NCBI GenBank assembly: GCA_049999805.1
Contig: JBNGIO010006010.1
Location: 1 to 64,000 of the forward strand
Source: Folioceros fuciformis
Lineage: Eukaryota
Length of the DNA stretch: 64,000 nt
Direction: 5' to 3'
Shown here: piece by piece, positions 1 to 13,490 of the stretch
Numbering within the stretch: the first letter of the stretch is position 1
Layout: every line of letters begins with the position of its first letter
The notes under the pieces: model-generated
Told to the model about the DNA's origin: nothing
Seen by the model: the letters and a program-made list of their open reading frames with translations, nothing else
Databases searched by the model: none
Translations under genes and position numbers: made by a program

Positions 1-1168
1 CCCTTGAAGATGTCAGAGGGTGCTAGTCGGTCTACGCCCTCCCACATCCTTGAGCACGTTAGTTACCCTTCAATCCACAATTGGAAATAGTTTTAGACGA
101 CTAGGGTTCCCATGAAAACAACAATGGTCAAAATTGCCACAATCTGGGTGGGTTTTTGTTAAGAGAGTCTAAGAGGCATCGTATATTCCCTCTTGCAAGT
201 TTGTGGTGTTTACAGACGAATAGAAAATAGAATCAAGGAAGAAGAAGAATAGAAAAAGAAATAGAGGAAAGAGAGGGGAAGAATGGAAGAATGGAAGAAG
301 GGGTTGGAGAAGAACAAAGGAAGGATTGAAGAAAGAGGTGGACAAAAATGGGAGAATAGAAAAAAAATAAAGAAGAGAATCGAATGAGAATAAAATAAGA
401 ATAAAAAGAATTAAAGGAAACATGGGAGGAAAGAGGAAAATCGACGAAGAAAAGGAGAAAAAAGCTTGGGCATGGGTATGCGGGCGACTGTTCGTCCTAC
501 GTGCTCTCATTCTTTGGGCGCCTAGTCGTCTCTTGTGCGTACGTTCGGGTCTAGTGCTTGACTTTCTCGGTGCTGTGCCCTCACTCACACTCGGCACGTG
601 TAGCATCTTCGCATTTAGAAGCTTGAAACATGTCTTTGTGAAATGCCTGGTGTGGGAAACGCATGTTAGCAGGTATGCATATTATGAAGTTACCCTGCTT
701 GCACACGGTGTCTTTATTTTTCCTGGCTATGGTGATGTCTTTGGCAGATCCTTCCTTTTGTTTTGACTTTTCGAAAATGAAACATACGGCAGAGTTTGCA
801 AGCACCAAAGAAACCTGACTTCGTTCCTGAACATTTGGACCCTGCATTCTCAGACACTCTTGACACAACTAGCAACTGAGTCAAATGCCTTAGTATGACT
901 CAGAGACTTTCGACTTAGAACAAATCAAACCAGCAATTAGATCCGACAAAGCCCGGAGCCATAGTTCAAGGTTTTCTCACAATCCGTCTTGCAGGTGCAG
1001 ACAATTGAAATCTCCAATTCACAGATTGGTGCAGCCAGAGCGGTAGACCATGCAACCATTCTGCCCCTTGGGAAATGTGTTCTAAGGGGGGCACGGAGAT
1101 GCGCTATGCCTCAGCCACAGGCATCGAAGACGATTCCAAGTCTTGGTAACTCCGTGAGCCAGACGAGG

Positions 1169-2351
1169 TCATGTGCTTGTCAAAAGTGCTGCCTCCACTT
1201 GCCTGATCTTGGACGCGATGGACAGATCGATGTGTTTGTCCCGAATATCAACCACAAACCCACCAATGATGCTCCTGTCCACATGTTGCTCAAGGTGAAG
1301 AACTTGACCCGGCTCAAGCCATCCCTTCAACACATCCTTCAGCTCTCCAAGCTCTGCATCCGACATTTCCGAGGCAGCTGTAACAGTAGCTTTGACCTCC
1401 CCTTTGTGTGCAATCAAAAGCTCAGAGTAACTATCCACGGTCTTGTAGATCTCCTTCAGCCGTCCGTATTCTGCTAGAAGATTAAGGAAATTCTTGGTGA
1501 TGTCAGAGAACTCTGACTTGCTGAAGCATTCCTGGATTGCTTTCACTCGTCTTTCTGGAGGGACAGAGGGGTCCTTGATGAACTCTGAAAACGTTGGGCT
1601 GGATTTGGCAGCTTCTACGACCACCTTCAACTCCTTCTCCACGGGCTCCAACATCCGATTTTTGGCAGCGACGACAAACAATGCAGCAGCATACTTTCCG
1701 GCAACTCCATGTACCTGTACCGGTATCTGCCCTAGTAGAAAACGTCGGCTTCAGAGGATGTTTACCTCATACAACAACCCACAAAAACAAGTGCGAAACA
1801 CAGATGAGGACACGCGAGGGCCCGACCGGAATGTGTTGGTCCGCATTGGAAGCAAATGCTCTTGCCGCCTGCATGAATCCAACATGAAAGTGTTCAATTC
1901 CGTGGCAAAGTCCCTCCAAGGGTTCATGATCAACTTGCAAAGCTTTGAGACAGCTACAACAGGCCAGCTCCTATGAGCCCCATCGCCAAAACCAGACCCA
2001 TGCACAACCGCGTCTCAAGTGCTCAACGATCTCACTGCGCAATTAACCCAACACCGCCTCCTGCTGGTAGCTCCGATCTTCATCTAAGAGTCATGACACG
2101 ACAGGTGACTGCTCCCCTAACTTTCCGTTAACAAATACCGGACGCGGATGCTGGTTTCCAGGTTCCAAACATGCATCAACCCACCGCTTTCTCCAGAATC
2201 CTCCATGCTCTGCTCGTGAGGAAGATCCCAACTTGCAAGAAACTAACTTCAGATGAACTGAATTACGTACCTCGAATGACGACGTGTGCCCCGCAGTTTG
2301 GGCCTGCAAGTGACGCCTCACAGCAGGGAAGGCCCGCCGCAGCGACCACAT
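1169..2351 (-). CDS. OSCP: Mitochondrial ATP synthase subunit O (OSCP/delta); 3 exons: 2351-2271, 1868-1827, 1726-1169 (~226 aa)
   Basis: Arg-rich presequence MWSLRRAFPAVRRHL; spliced in frame via GT-AG to IPVQVHGVAGKYAAALF...NFLNLLAEYGRL...HKGEVKATVTAA...VDRSIIGGFVVDIRDKHIDLSIASKI, typical of OSCP. Confidence 0.95.
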
Positions 2352-2515
2352 GGTGCTTCTCCTGAAGCTCGAATGCGCAGTCGGATTCCTGAACCCTTCA
2401 CGCGTTCCTCCGATTATGCTTGCCAGTTTTCACCAAACCCTCCACAGAAAGCACCTTCCCAACTGGCGGGTTGTTCCAGTTCCGTTAACCCTAACCTCGT
2501 TAATAAACTTATGCC
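2352..2515. promoter_or_regulatory. Short divergent (bidirectional) promoter/5'UTR region between OSCP and TAD3
   Basis: Only 164 bp separate the OSCP ATG (2351, -) and the predicted TAD3 ATG (2516, +); contains a telo-box-like TAACCCTAA at ~2486. Confidence 0.55.
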
Positions 2516-4610
2516 ATGGAGCCCGTGCCCGGAGACGACGAGATGCAGTGGCGTGTGATTCACATCACGGGGCAGCTACGAGATCCGTTGGCCACAGGTT
2601 TGTTGTTTTCTGCGCATGTGGACCTTCTGTCGCTGCTAATGTAAGATGATAGCCCTCTGTCCTGTTTGTGGACAGTTGATGTGCTCGCGGCTAAGATTGA
2701 GCCTAAGGTTGCCAGCGTACTTATCAAGTGAGTGTGGGTCTAGCTTCAGTGTCGTGCTGACTATATTCGATGTCTTTCTGGCAGTTCACCGGCTGTTTGT
2801 TTTTTTTGTTGTGGACTGTTTTTTGTAGGGCACTGAATGCTAAAGCTCCGCTGCTCAGCTTGGGTCACGTAAAGCGAGTAAGAAGGAGGTGCGTGGAAGG
2901 TATTCTCTTGAGGTCTTCATGCCTACTTTAAGTGGTGACTTTTGCACTGGACGCTTTAGTTTCCTGGTTTGGCATCAGTGTCATGAAGGCTGGCTTGCAG
3001 GTGGGATGGAGCTGTGCATTATACTCTGTCTTGCAGGGGATCAGAATCTAGGCATGGACTTGCCCGAGGAGGTGTTGAAAGTGGTGAATGGCCTTGGATT
3101 GCAACCCTTTTTGGCTCCTGTAAGCTATTGTAGATTTCCTTAGTGGGTCTGGTTATAAATGTCTTGCCTGTTGTCTTCTCTGAACAAGTTGAGCCCAAAA
3201 CCTTGGAACGCTCTCCATGAAGTGTAGGTTCCAGAGCAGGAAGCCACCACTAAAGAGGAGTGGGAAATGCAAAATGAAATTTGGCCGACATCGTTTCACC
3301 CAAATCCGTGGTTGGTGTACTTCAGCTGCCCCCATCAAATTCAGTGTGTTTGACCAGTGGTTGGACTTTTTTATAGTTGTTGACAAACGCTGGCTGCTCA
3401 GCGCCAGCTTTGGAATAAAGAAAAATGGCGAGCTTCAGGAGATTTATAAGTTTATGAGGCTAGCCATCCAGCAGGCTCGCCTTGCTCAAAGGTATGGCCA
3501 GGTACAGAGTCACAGTAGCTGCCTGCAGGTTTTGAAGTACACTTTCGGTTGTTAAAAAAACATTTGTCTGCGGACTCAGGTCCTCAGTCAAATGGTGTGC
3601 TCGTCTGATTTGCTGCTTCTGCTGGTATAGCCCGCAAATGGTGTTGTGATTGTGGATCCACAGTCTGGTCGGGTAATTGCGGCTGGCCATGATGAGACCA
3701 GGCCCTGCTTAGGGTCCCCCATCAGTGAAAGCTCATGCAGAGATGGAAGCTCTCCAGTCTTAGTGACCAAGGATTCAGGAGCCACCAGCAGTCGATTGTA
3801 CGAGCCTTCAAGCACTCTACAGGGAAAAATATCAGGTGGCGAGGATACGGAGAATGTGAAGGCTGCAAAATTAGTCTCACTTATTCCTCAGTGGCATCCG
3901 TTGCGACATGCGGTCATGGTTGCAATAGCAAGAGCTGCTGAAAGGGATTGCATTCTCTTCCCTGCAGATCAGGTGGTCACAAACCATGTCCACGTAACAC
4001 ACCCAGGTTCTAACGAAGAGGATTGTCAGTGTCAGAACTGTACTGATGGGACGCTATCGAAAAGACGACGAACTGATCCCTCCACTGTAAGCTCGCCCTT
4101 CTGAAACATTGTCTATGTTGCCGGCTGGTTATCCTTCTGATAATTTACAATGGTTCAAACAGTGCTCATCGCAGATAGAGCTGGACTCCTCTGCCGGGAA
4201 GGGCCAGGACCCGTTTACTCTTAGGGAGAGCGACATCCCAAAACCGTATCTCTGCACGGGCTATGATGTTTACGTGACTCGTGAACCTTGTGCAATGTAA
4301 GTCCACTTTGTCGTTGTTTGCCTTCTTCCACCACCTGATCGTCTTTTACGCTCTTGACATCCCACGACCTAATCTTTGCACAGGCGATGATGTTAATGTG
4401 GCTTACGAAATGTTATGCTGCAGGTGTGCCATGGCTCTTGTTCATCAAAGGGTTCGCAGAGTCATCTATGGATTCGCAAATGCAAGATTTGGTGCCTTAG
4501 GAAGCAAGTATCGTCTGCATGGGCAGCAAGGCTTGAATCACCGTTACTCTGTCTATCAGGTTGACATGTCTACTACTGAAGATGTCCTCAGTGGACAAGT
4601 GAAACCCTGA
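2516..4610 (+). CDS. TAD3: tRNA-specific adenosine-34 deaminase non-catalytic subunit TAD3/ADAT3, multi-exon
   Basis: Spliced translation gives QWRVIHI, APLLSLGHVKRVRR, EEWEMQNEIWPTSFHP, WHPLRHAVMVAI (HAV in place of catalytic HAE), YLCTGYDVYVTREPCAM|CAMALVHQRVRRVIYG and LNHRYSVY; stop at 4608-4610. Confidence 0.93.
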
Positions 4611-5545
4611 TTAGGTCAGGATGCCAGGAATTAGAGGGATGCACGCAAAGATTACTCAAAGAACGAATATCAAAATAGTAATGGGAGTAAATTTCTTCTT
4701 AATCATGAATAGTATCGTGCCTTCCCGCTCCTGGTCGAACTGACTGACGGGAGTTGACTTCGAAGAAAGTAGCGGAATTGTGGAAGAGTAAGTTTTCTAG
4801 AGGTAGAGAGTAAGTTTTCTTGTGAAACAATTTGCTTTTGGTGAACGGTTCTGGACTTCACACAAGGAGGACCTCTAGAGCCCTAGTGCAAATCTGGTAA
4901 GAGTTGAGTGCGATGAAAGTTCCGTGAGAGAATCCGAGCCCGTCCATGGCTTTTGCTATTCGCTGCGCAAGGAAAGGAAAGGGGCGTTAATAATAAACTT
5001 GGGGATGGGTTACGGGCCAAGGACATGACGCTTGAGGGAAGATGCACATATCAGTGGCACGAGTTGCCGGAGAACTTCTTTTACTTGTGAGAGATGCATG
5101 AAGACAAGTGCACGCAACAGGGAGATCAATTCTAATTCGATGTCTTGCACTGTAAAAGTTCGATTCACGCTAATAAGTGTAACCTCGCGTTCTGCGATGT
5201 TAGCCTGGTCTTACGATGATGGCATTCGCTGTCAAGGGTTCCGAGACAACAGGAAAATTTTATAGGTGCACCAAACAATACAATACATGGCAGCTGCATC
5301 TTAATAAGAAAGCTTGATATTTACGGAGTTCACTTCCTATCTCTAAGGTGTTTTTCATTTCTCTGTTTCATATATCTGGTTGTAAGAAAAATGTACCAGA
5401 GTGCATCTTATACCAAGTAAGGACCACAGCAAAAGTTCTGCAGTTGCAGATCCGTTATTACTTTATGGGCGGGGACAACGTATAATACTACACAAGAAAT
5501 TTAAATACCAGCACTTCGCACACGGAGCATGTCGCGAATCTGTTT

Positions 5546-8500
5546 TCAACCGGTGTTGCGCATACCAGCAGCAATGCCGTTGATGGTGATGAGTAACGCA
5601 TCTCTCAGCTTTAGATTGGTCTCATCCTGCCTCAAACGGCGCAGAATCTCCACCTGCAGCATGTTCATGGGATTGAGATAAGGCAACCTGCTTTCAATCA
5701 GACGACGCAACGTCTTGTTATTTTCGGATAGCTTGTTGTGACCAGTGATATCCCGCACATGCTTCTCAGTGACATGGAACTCATCGCGCAACTCTTTCCC
5801 GAGCGCTCGCACATTTTGCGAGACTAGCACATCTTCATAATGCTTCGTTATGGGCATATCTGCTTTAGCGAGAACCATCTCAATGAGGTCTACTGTTGAC
5901 TGAAAGAACGGCCACTCCTTGTACATGGCCCTTAGCTCGTCCCTGTGTCCCTTGTCCATAGCCGCCTGCAACCCTTTACCCACACCTAGCCAAGCCGGGA
6001 GCACAGACCTAGTCTGCGTCCAGGCGAAAATCCACGGAATAGCTCGGAGCTGTGTGATACCTCCACTGGTCTTCCTCCGAGTAGGCCGACTTCCTATGTT
6101 CAAATTCCCCAGCTCTGCTTCAGGGGTCGCCTCGTGGAAATACTGCAGAAACTCTTTTGTTTCGAACACAATTTGGCGGTAGTATTTTCGCCCTGCATCC
6201 GAAATTTCATCCATCACAGTTCTCCATGCCGCAGATCGTGGCGGCACCGGGGGGTGCACAGTTGCCAGAAGAACTGCAGTTGTATAGATCTCAAGTTGTC
6301 GGATAGCCGTCTGGTTTAGTCCAAATTTAGCCTGAATCATCTCCCCCTGCTCCGTGACTCGCAATGTTCCCTGTATGTTACGAATTCGAACAGTTAGAAA
6401 TTCCCACCATTCCCGGCACGCAAATTTTCCAGAGTCGCACACACGACAATTAGCAAACGGCATACCATGACAGAGCCCGGTGGCTGAGATTGAATAGCGA
6501 GGTACATAGGCCCACCACCTCGTCCAACACTTCCACCGCGCCCATGGAAGAGGGTGATTTTGATATTGTACTCCTTACACACAGCCACAACATCTTCTTG
6601 AGCTTTGTACAGTTCCCATGCAGCCGTGAATCGTCCAGCATCTTTGCCTGAGTCGGAGTACCCGAGCATGACCTGGAGGAATTCTCAACCGTGAGCATTA
6701 TGCCAAAGAAAACACGATAGGTTTGGGAACCGAAGTCTCTTCAGAAAACAGCACGATTTCGCACCTCTTGATGAGATTGGTGATTGGCGATGACATGCTC
6801 TCTATACCAATCAAGGGACAAGAGCTTGCGGATAACATTTCCTGCGTCTCTCAAGTCGTCCACTGTCTCGAAGAGCGGGACCACACGCAAGCTGTCACCG
6901 CACAATACGCTGTGAGACACACGACCCTGAATTCCCCATACGCATCATAGGCACACAATTGAAACACAAGAACCGATGTCTTGAAGACACTTACGTAGTG
7001 CCAGACAAACTTTTGCCCACATCTCCCGAGAGTGATAGCCGTGCTTCCTTCTGTAGGAGCTCCACAGCTAATACGTCACTGGCCTGCAGACGTGCGTAAC
7101 ATCAAAAGTTAACATCAGCTCCTCCAGCCATTAACCCGACCTGTCCCAGTTAGGGTACGGAAGTTAACCCACCTCATGCGCCATGGAAATAACGTATGCC
7201 CCGAGAGAGCTCGAACCGAGTTCCGCTGCCACGCGGAAAGTTGCAAGGACTTCTCTGACCACCGGTGAGACCTGAAAGATCTCAAGCGAGGCCAACATGA
7301 CGGTGATTAGTGTCATAAGCATGCGTCAATGTGCCCTTCATAATGTCAATCAAGAGGATGGTGCGATTCGAGAAATAATGTAAGTAACAACAAAGAAACG
7401 TACCTCGATTGTCGGGGGGATAAGAGGCCTTCTGCCTTTCAGCTCAGTTGTAAGGAAATCCAGCTTCTTCTCCTCGTCCCATTCACTATACTTGCCGATG
7501 TCCAAGAATGCTGTGATAGCATCCAATGCTTCCGCATGCTTGTCAGACTCCTGACAAACCAAACGGCTCACGGTTAACAATCGACACGGGCTGGGGCACA
7601 AAGGCTGCCCGGCAGGGCTAGGAAACTTAAAGCTTGAATTGTTCACCTGGCGTAAGTCAAGTTTCATCAAGGTCATGCCGAATGTAGTGACATTCCTGAT
7701 GAGATCCGCGAGATGTCCGTCAGCCAACACCTGTGATCCACGTGATTCCTGCATGATGGACAGTAATCCTGTGTAAGACGGTAGTCGTCGTCTAGCAATC
7801 ATACCCAGAGGAGTGATAAGGCTGCAGCACATACCAGAGACTTGTGGCACAGAAGTAAAACTTCCAAGAGTTGCTCTTCATTTTCGTAGTACTCATCCGC
7901 CTCGAAGTCAGATGGGATACCCACCAGAAGACTCTCTGCTCTTCGCCTTGTATTCACAAGCTGTGTAAGCCAGATGCAAGTGTCAATGACACCCCTCACA
8001 GCGCATACAGTTTATTACAGTCAGTCACTCACGCAGCTTGCACATACCTTTGACCTTATATGCCCTAAGACAACCCTGTAGGGAGCAATGTCTGGTCTGC
8101 CGCCTGCACTTGGATTCAGGAGCTTGTCCACACTTGATGTCAGATTCGCATCTGAAGCAGTCTTCTTCTTCAAAACTGAAGTAGAGAAGGACGTTCCAGA
8201 CGGGTGTTTCGGTGAAGGTGCCGCTTCGATTGATGCATCAGCACTCCCGTTTGCACTATTCACATGAGCTACACCATTTCCATTGAACTTCGGCGACGAC
8301 GATGGGGAAATGAGGTCTGGGGTAGGCGTGCCATCTGTGTCATTCTGGCCAGACAAAAGGGCAGGAGGACGGAGTCATAAGTCCGCCAGCTGCCATAATG
8401 AGAAAGAATCCCTCCAACTTCCACCACCACAAGACCATTCATATTTAGAGGACCTACCACGTGTAAAGCTGCAAGATTCGGTATCGCTATAATAGGAGGA

Positions 8501-10890
8501 ACTGATACACCATCCGATGGTCCTGGCATCCCACACAAGAGAGAAAGGCAATGTGAGGTTCATAGCGCGCTCAGTCGTAGCAGTTCGAGCACATTCAGAA
8601 CTACTTATGATATCATCTTACTTGAACATTAAGGACTGTCAGACACTTTACTACCCGAGTATGGAGGTACGTCCGCACCGATGGGAAGTTGAGTTTTACC
8701 TGAACATGGAGGCATGTCCGCACCCGTCGGAAGGTGAGGTGGGACAGTTTCGTACCCTCCCAATTTCCCTTGGTCCCTCAGGGTTCGCTCCTGAAACCAG
8801 TTAACGTGATGATGTTCCTCATGATGCTCATGTTCTGCGAGAAGTCCAAACATTATTCGTGAGAACAAGCGAAGGGACCAGATGAATTTGTAACCAGGGA
8901 AGCAAGCACACTCATTCCGGACTCCCTCCCTGAATCAGAATAATATATTTGAAAAAAAAGATAAATATTGAACGACGAGACACCGGACTTCCGAAGAACG
9001 CATCGCGATTCACATCAGACCAGCGTATCATTGACGATGTATCACTCTCACTAGCCGCAATTAGAGGTAAGGCACTCACCTTTTTTCAGAATATCATATG
9101 CAAGTTGAGCAAGCTCGTCACTGCAATTTGTAACAGACAACTCAAAACGAAGGCTATCAACCTCGCGCAGAAACAAATCAGCTGCGATCCACCTCGCCAG
9201 ATACGACACTTCTCTTGTCACCTGCAGAGTTGGCAGGAAGGTACAGAGAAACATAAATCTAGTGGATAAAATACTAACAAACAATAGAAAAAACCAGAAC
9301 GCTGGAGTAAAACGGTAGACGCACCTTGGCAGTGACGTTGGGATTTCCATCCCTGTCTCCACCAATCCATGAACCGAATTTGATGGGAGTACAAACCAAT
9401 GGAAGTGGCTTGCCGGTATGCTGGAAGACAATGGCAACGGCGCAATGTAAGTGGGCCACGCAAGAGCACTTGATTGGTTTGATCAGAGAAAAGGATTTGG
9501 CGGACATTCAGATACATACTCTCTTGAGTGCAGCGCTGACACGTCGCAAGTACTGGGGCACAGCTCTCCAGAGTGTTTGCTCAACGATATGCAGGCCTGT
9601 CAGACGATAATGTTAGGGCAAACTCAATGCGCGAAACGAGGCTATGCTGGTACTGTTGAGAACTGATGGCAGAAGCTGTACCTCCACGAGCTTCGTCCAA
9701 AGGTGTGGGCTTTCTGCGCCTCAACTCATCGGTCTGCCACAAGGAGGTTATTTCCCTGACCTGCAAGAGCAGGAGCCATACAGACGAGAATGAGATGAAA
9801 GTGTATGCACGGGGAGAGCAAGTTGGGGGGAGGTGAAGTGGCGAGACTTTACCAGGTCTTCAATCAGCAATTCTTTTTCCTCCGGAGTCAGATCCGTCCG
9901 ATCGTTTCTCTCGAGAAGATGCTGCGCAGCAGACGATGAGCAACGAGACAGGTGAATCCCAATTTTCACCAACAACAGACAGAAAGTGGCAACAAAGAGC
10001 GAGAGGGGGAGGTGAAATTACAGCGACGCGCAGGTGCTTGTACTGTAAGGTTCGGCGATTGATCTGAGTCGGGTGGGCAGTAAGCACAATTTCCACTTCC
10101 TGCGGCAATTCGGACGAAACGCCGTGGGCGGGCGCTGAGCTGATGAGCAAGGCAAGAACATCGACAGGGCAAGGGCCAGGGCAGGGTAGGGTGTGCCGTA
10201 CCTGCTTCACAACAGCATTGTAGAGCTGGTCAGGGGACATCCCCTGCTGTATGAGGTTCTTGAAGACATCGTCACAGGACTTGGAGACATGGCCAGGCAT
10301 GCGCGTACGACGTACCCTGCACGCAAATTAGTGCAGTGCAGTGCAAGCACGAGAGTGTAAGCATCGTTGCGCGAAGTCCAAGACGCCAAATCCACAAAGG
10401 CTCCGCGGAGCACAATGACGCAGGCAGGAGGCACGCACCTGTGATGAGTCTCTGCAATTCCCATGAGGTTGAGATAGTGGCTGAAGGCCCGGGCGAGGGG
10501 GACTGCTTCCCCGGTGTCGATACTAGAGAGTTCCTTCTCTAGCTGGTTGGAGAGCCACTCCGCCGCATCAGTCACTCCAGCTGTGCGCATATTGACGGCA
10601 CTCTGCTCAGCCACAAAGCGAGACAATTTAGAAACACTCCTCCTGCTCGCCTCCCCGACCGCCCGGAAGTGTGCGGGAGCATCCGGAACCAAGGCATAAG
10701 CCACATTCCCTCGCATAAAATTAAAAATCCTGACCTGCGCCAGAAGCCGGATTCGATCCACCTTCTCCATGAACTCCTGCCCGACCTCATGAAGCAGCGT
10801 GTCGTTGAGCAGGTTCCCGAGCAGATGACAGTCGTCATCGAAGTCCTGGAACGAGATCTCCTCCGCAATGTCATCCACAGTGTCCGTCAT
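5546..10890 (-). CDS. PPC4: Bacterial-type phosphoenolpyruvate carboxylase (BTPC), about 20 exons
   Basis: N-terminus [21 protein letters not shown] without the plant-type SIDAQ phosphorylation motif; [65 protein letters not shown]-terminal RNTG; Ser/Pro-rich disordered insert at ~8050-8835. Confidence 0.96.
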
Positions 10891-11941
10891 GGTGGCGGCT
10901 GATCACACCTCCAAGCAAGCAGCAGGGCGGGTGAGCTCGCACACAGCCCGAGGCAGGCAGCGCCAATTCCCCGCGGCCGCAACCGGGAACAAGGGACAAA
11001 GGTAATAAATATTTGCCCTGCTTCACACCAAGAAGCAGCCGACTCCGGCAGCGTCACCCGCGCGGGTAAGCAAAGCCTCTCCTCTTCCACCTAATCCAAG
11101 CACTGACTTCCACCTGATTCATGCGCGCACACAGATTACCAGCGGCCGGCATGGGCACCGCAGCGGGCGGGCATCTCCGCAGGCGCAGTCGCAGGCAGGC
11201 AAGCACGAGCAAGCAGACAAGCAGCAGGGACGGACAAGACAGTCCGAAACGCGCAACTCGCGTCTCAAAAACTCTCAATCTGGGTGGTGGGCGGGGGGGG
11301 GTTGGGGGACTCGACTCAGACAGAGAGCAGGCAGGCAAGCAGGCAGGCAGGCAAGCACGAAGGGTGGCTGGCTAGCTGGCTGAGAGCCCGACTCCAAGGC
11401 CCGATCGGTGTTACGAAGAGAAATGGAGGAGCAGCGCGAGCTTTTGAAGCCCCCCGGCGGCTCGGCTCCGTTGTGGTGGCGGGGCCGGGGCCGGGGCCAG
11501 GCCAGGCCAGGCCAATTGCGAACCACAAAAAAGCGAGTGGGGCAGGATGGGAGGTGCGAAGCATATTCGGGTCACATGTCTGAAAGTGTGGCGAAGCAGG
11601 TCGCCTGACGGGCGGCCCATGTGGGTACAGCCACATATGCCAGGCCCGCCGTGTTATCTTCACGTACAAAGGCCAGGATGTTAAAGCCAGCCGTGATTGG
11701 CGACCCCTTCAGTCCTGCTCCGTGACCCTAGACTGCCGGTCTCTCTGACATCCAGTCAGAAGCGACCGCTCCAACACGAACCACCCTCCACCGCTACCTC
11801 TCTCTGACGCCCACCGGATGGATGCGGAGGAGGAGCCGGAGCCGGATGCATACACAAAAGTGTAATTACAGTACAGGACTGTACGCACCACACGCAACCC
11901 CAGCAAGACGGGATTCACGCAATTTCAGACCATACAATTCT

Positions 11942-12060
11942 CAGACTCATCAGACTCAACAGACTGCCCAGACTCTCCAGGGCGCCCAGACTCTCCAGAG
12001 CGCCCAGACTTCCCAGACCCTCCAGACTGCCCAGACTCTCCAGACTGCCTAGACTCTGAG
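11942..12060 (+). repeat. Degenerate 9-bp tandem repeat (CAGACTCTC-like) upstream of BTPC
   Basis: cagactcat cagactcaa cagactgcc cagactctc ... with 9-bp periodicity. Confidence 0.8.
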
Positions 12061-13436
12061 ACCCAGGACGGCCTCTGGGCTCTGCCATAGGCTGCTACGC
12101 CTTGCCCCCATAATCTCCCATCCAACGTAACGTACCTCTAAATTCCTTCCTTGCTTGCTTCCTGACAGCCGTGATACCGTATCACGGATTCCGGAGGATT
12201 CCGGCAACCAAAATAACGGAAGCTGCCGCCTCCGGCCTCAGCGCCAACTGTCTGCTGCTCCCTCCGTCTCGTCCGCTCTGCGTACCCGTAGAAAGCGTTA
12301 CTCCATATTCTTTTATAGACTCCATGCTACTGCACCATTCCTTATGTAGCACTGCTTACAGAATAGTGTTAGATAAGTGTCCTATTACAGTCGATGTCGA
12401 CTTCTTGGGCTGGACTTGGAAGGAAGGAAGGACGAAAGATTATTGTATTCAAGCACACATGGAGTCAACAAAGATATTCTTGTCTGATGCCGACTTCAGA
12501 TACTCTTTATCTCACGCCACTTGTTTTTATGATTATATTCATGGAATGGATTAGCATATATAGTGTGCAAAGTGATAAATGTTAATGTACTTTTCAATTA
12601 TTATTACCATGGTTCAAGGAACTTATGATGTCGGGATTGTTGGGCGAGGCCACTCAGTGCAACTTGTGCAAGGCTATCGATAGCCAAGGAGAGGAAAAAA
12701 AAAGGTGCCTGGCCTTGCATTGCCTTGCCTTGCCTTGGGAAAGGCCGGGCCTCGGCTCGTCACAACGGACAAGAAAGCAAAACAGGCCCAGTCTCGGGAT
12801 GGCGCGTCAAACTTGGGCCGCGACCCAGCAGAGCATAGCAGGACAGGCCAGTCTCCCATGCCTGAGGCGTGTCACAAGGCGTGAATCGACGAAGCCCGTT
12901 CGCGCGCCCGCGCTAGGAAGCTTCCTGCTGGTACGTCTTCCTTCCCCCAGACTTCATGACCAAGGAAGGACAAGAGGAGGAAGAGACGAAGAAGATTGGT
13001 AGATAAAGTTGTGACAGTGACCGTGACCGTGGCCAGCCGGGCTGGACTATCGGTAGGGACAGGACACAAGCACAAGTGATACTACAATACACATAAATGT
13101 ATTTGGGTCAAGGATCCTGATTCCTCCTCCCTCACCGTCGCTGGCCTGGCCCATGCCAATCAGCAGTGGGCACATATACGTGACTACCAGAACCTGCTTA
13201 TTGCTCCCCGTGAAGCGGACAAAAGGTGGACCCTTGCCTTCCACAGTCCACCCACAAGGAAGGCAGGTCACCGACGATACAACACTTGGCGGGTGGCAAA
13301 GCACCTCGGCACTTGGCATGATTGTGGGCTGCGAGGAGTCTGGTGCTCGCATCTACATGTACTTTGCTCGTAAGCCGTGCCCACTACGCTCCTTCCAGCT
13401 TCCAAACCATTTTGTTTGTGGGGCCTGGGAGAGCTG

Positions 13437-13437
<1 letters not shown>

Positions 13438-13480
<43 letters not shown>

Positions 13481-13490
13481 TGAGCCTGAG
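13438..13490 (+). repeat. (GAGCCT)n hexanucleotide microsatellite
   Basis: Directly visible run of gagcct units. Confidence 0.9.

Noticed and set aside
169-606. 145-aa Phe/Leu-rich ORF that looks like a membrane protein
   Set aside because: It is the reverse reading of a purine-rich (GA) low-complexity tract; no recognisable motif.
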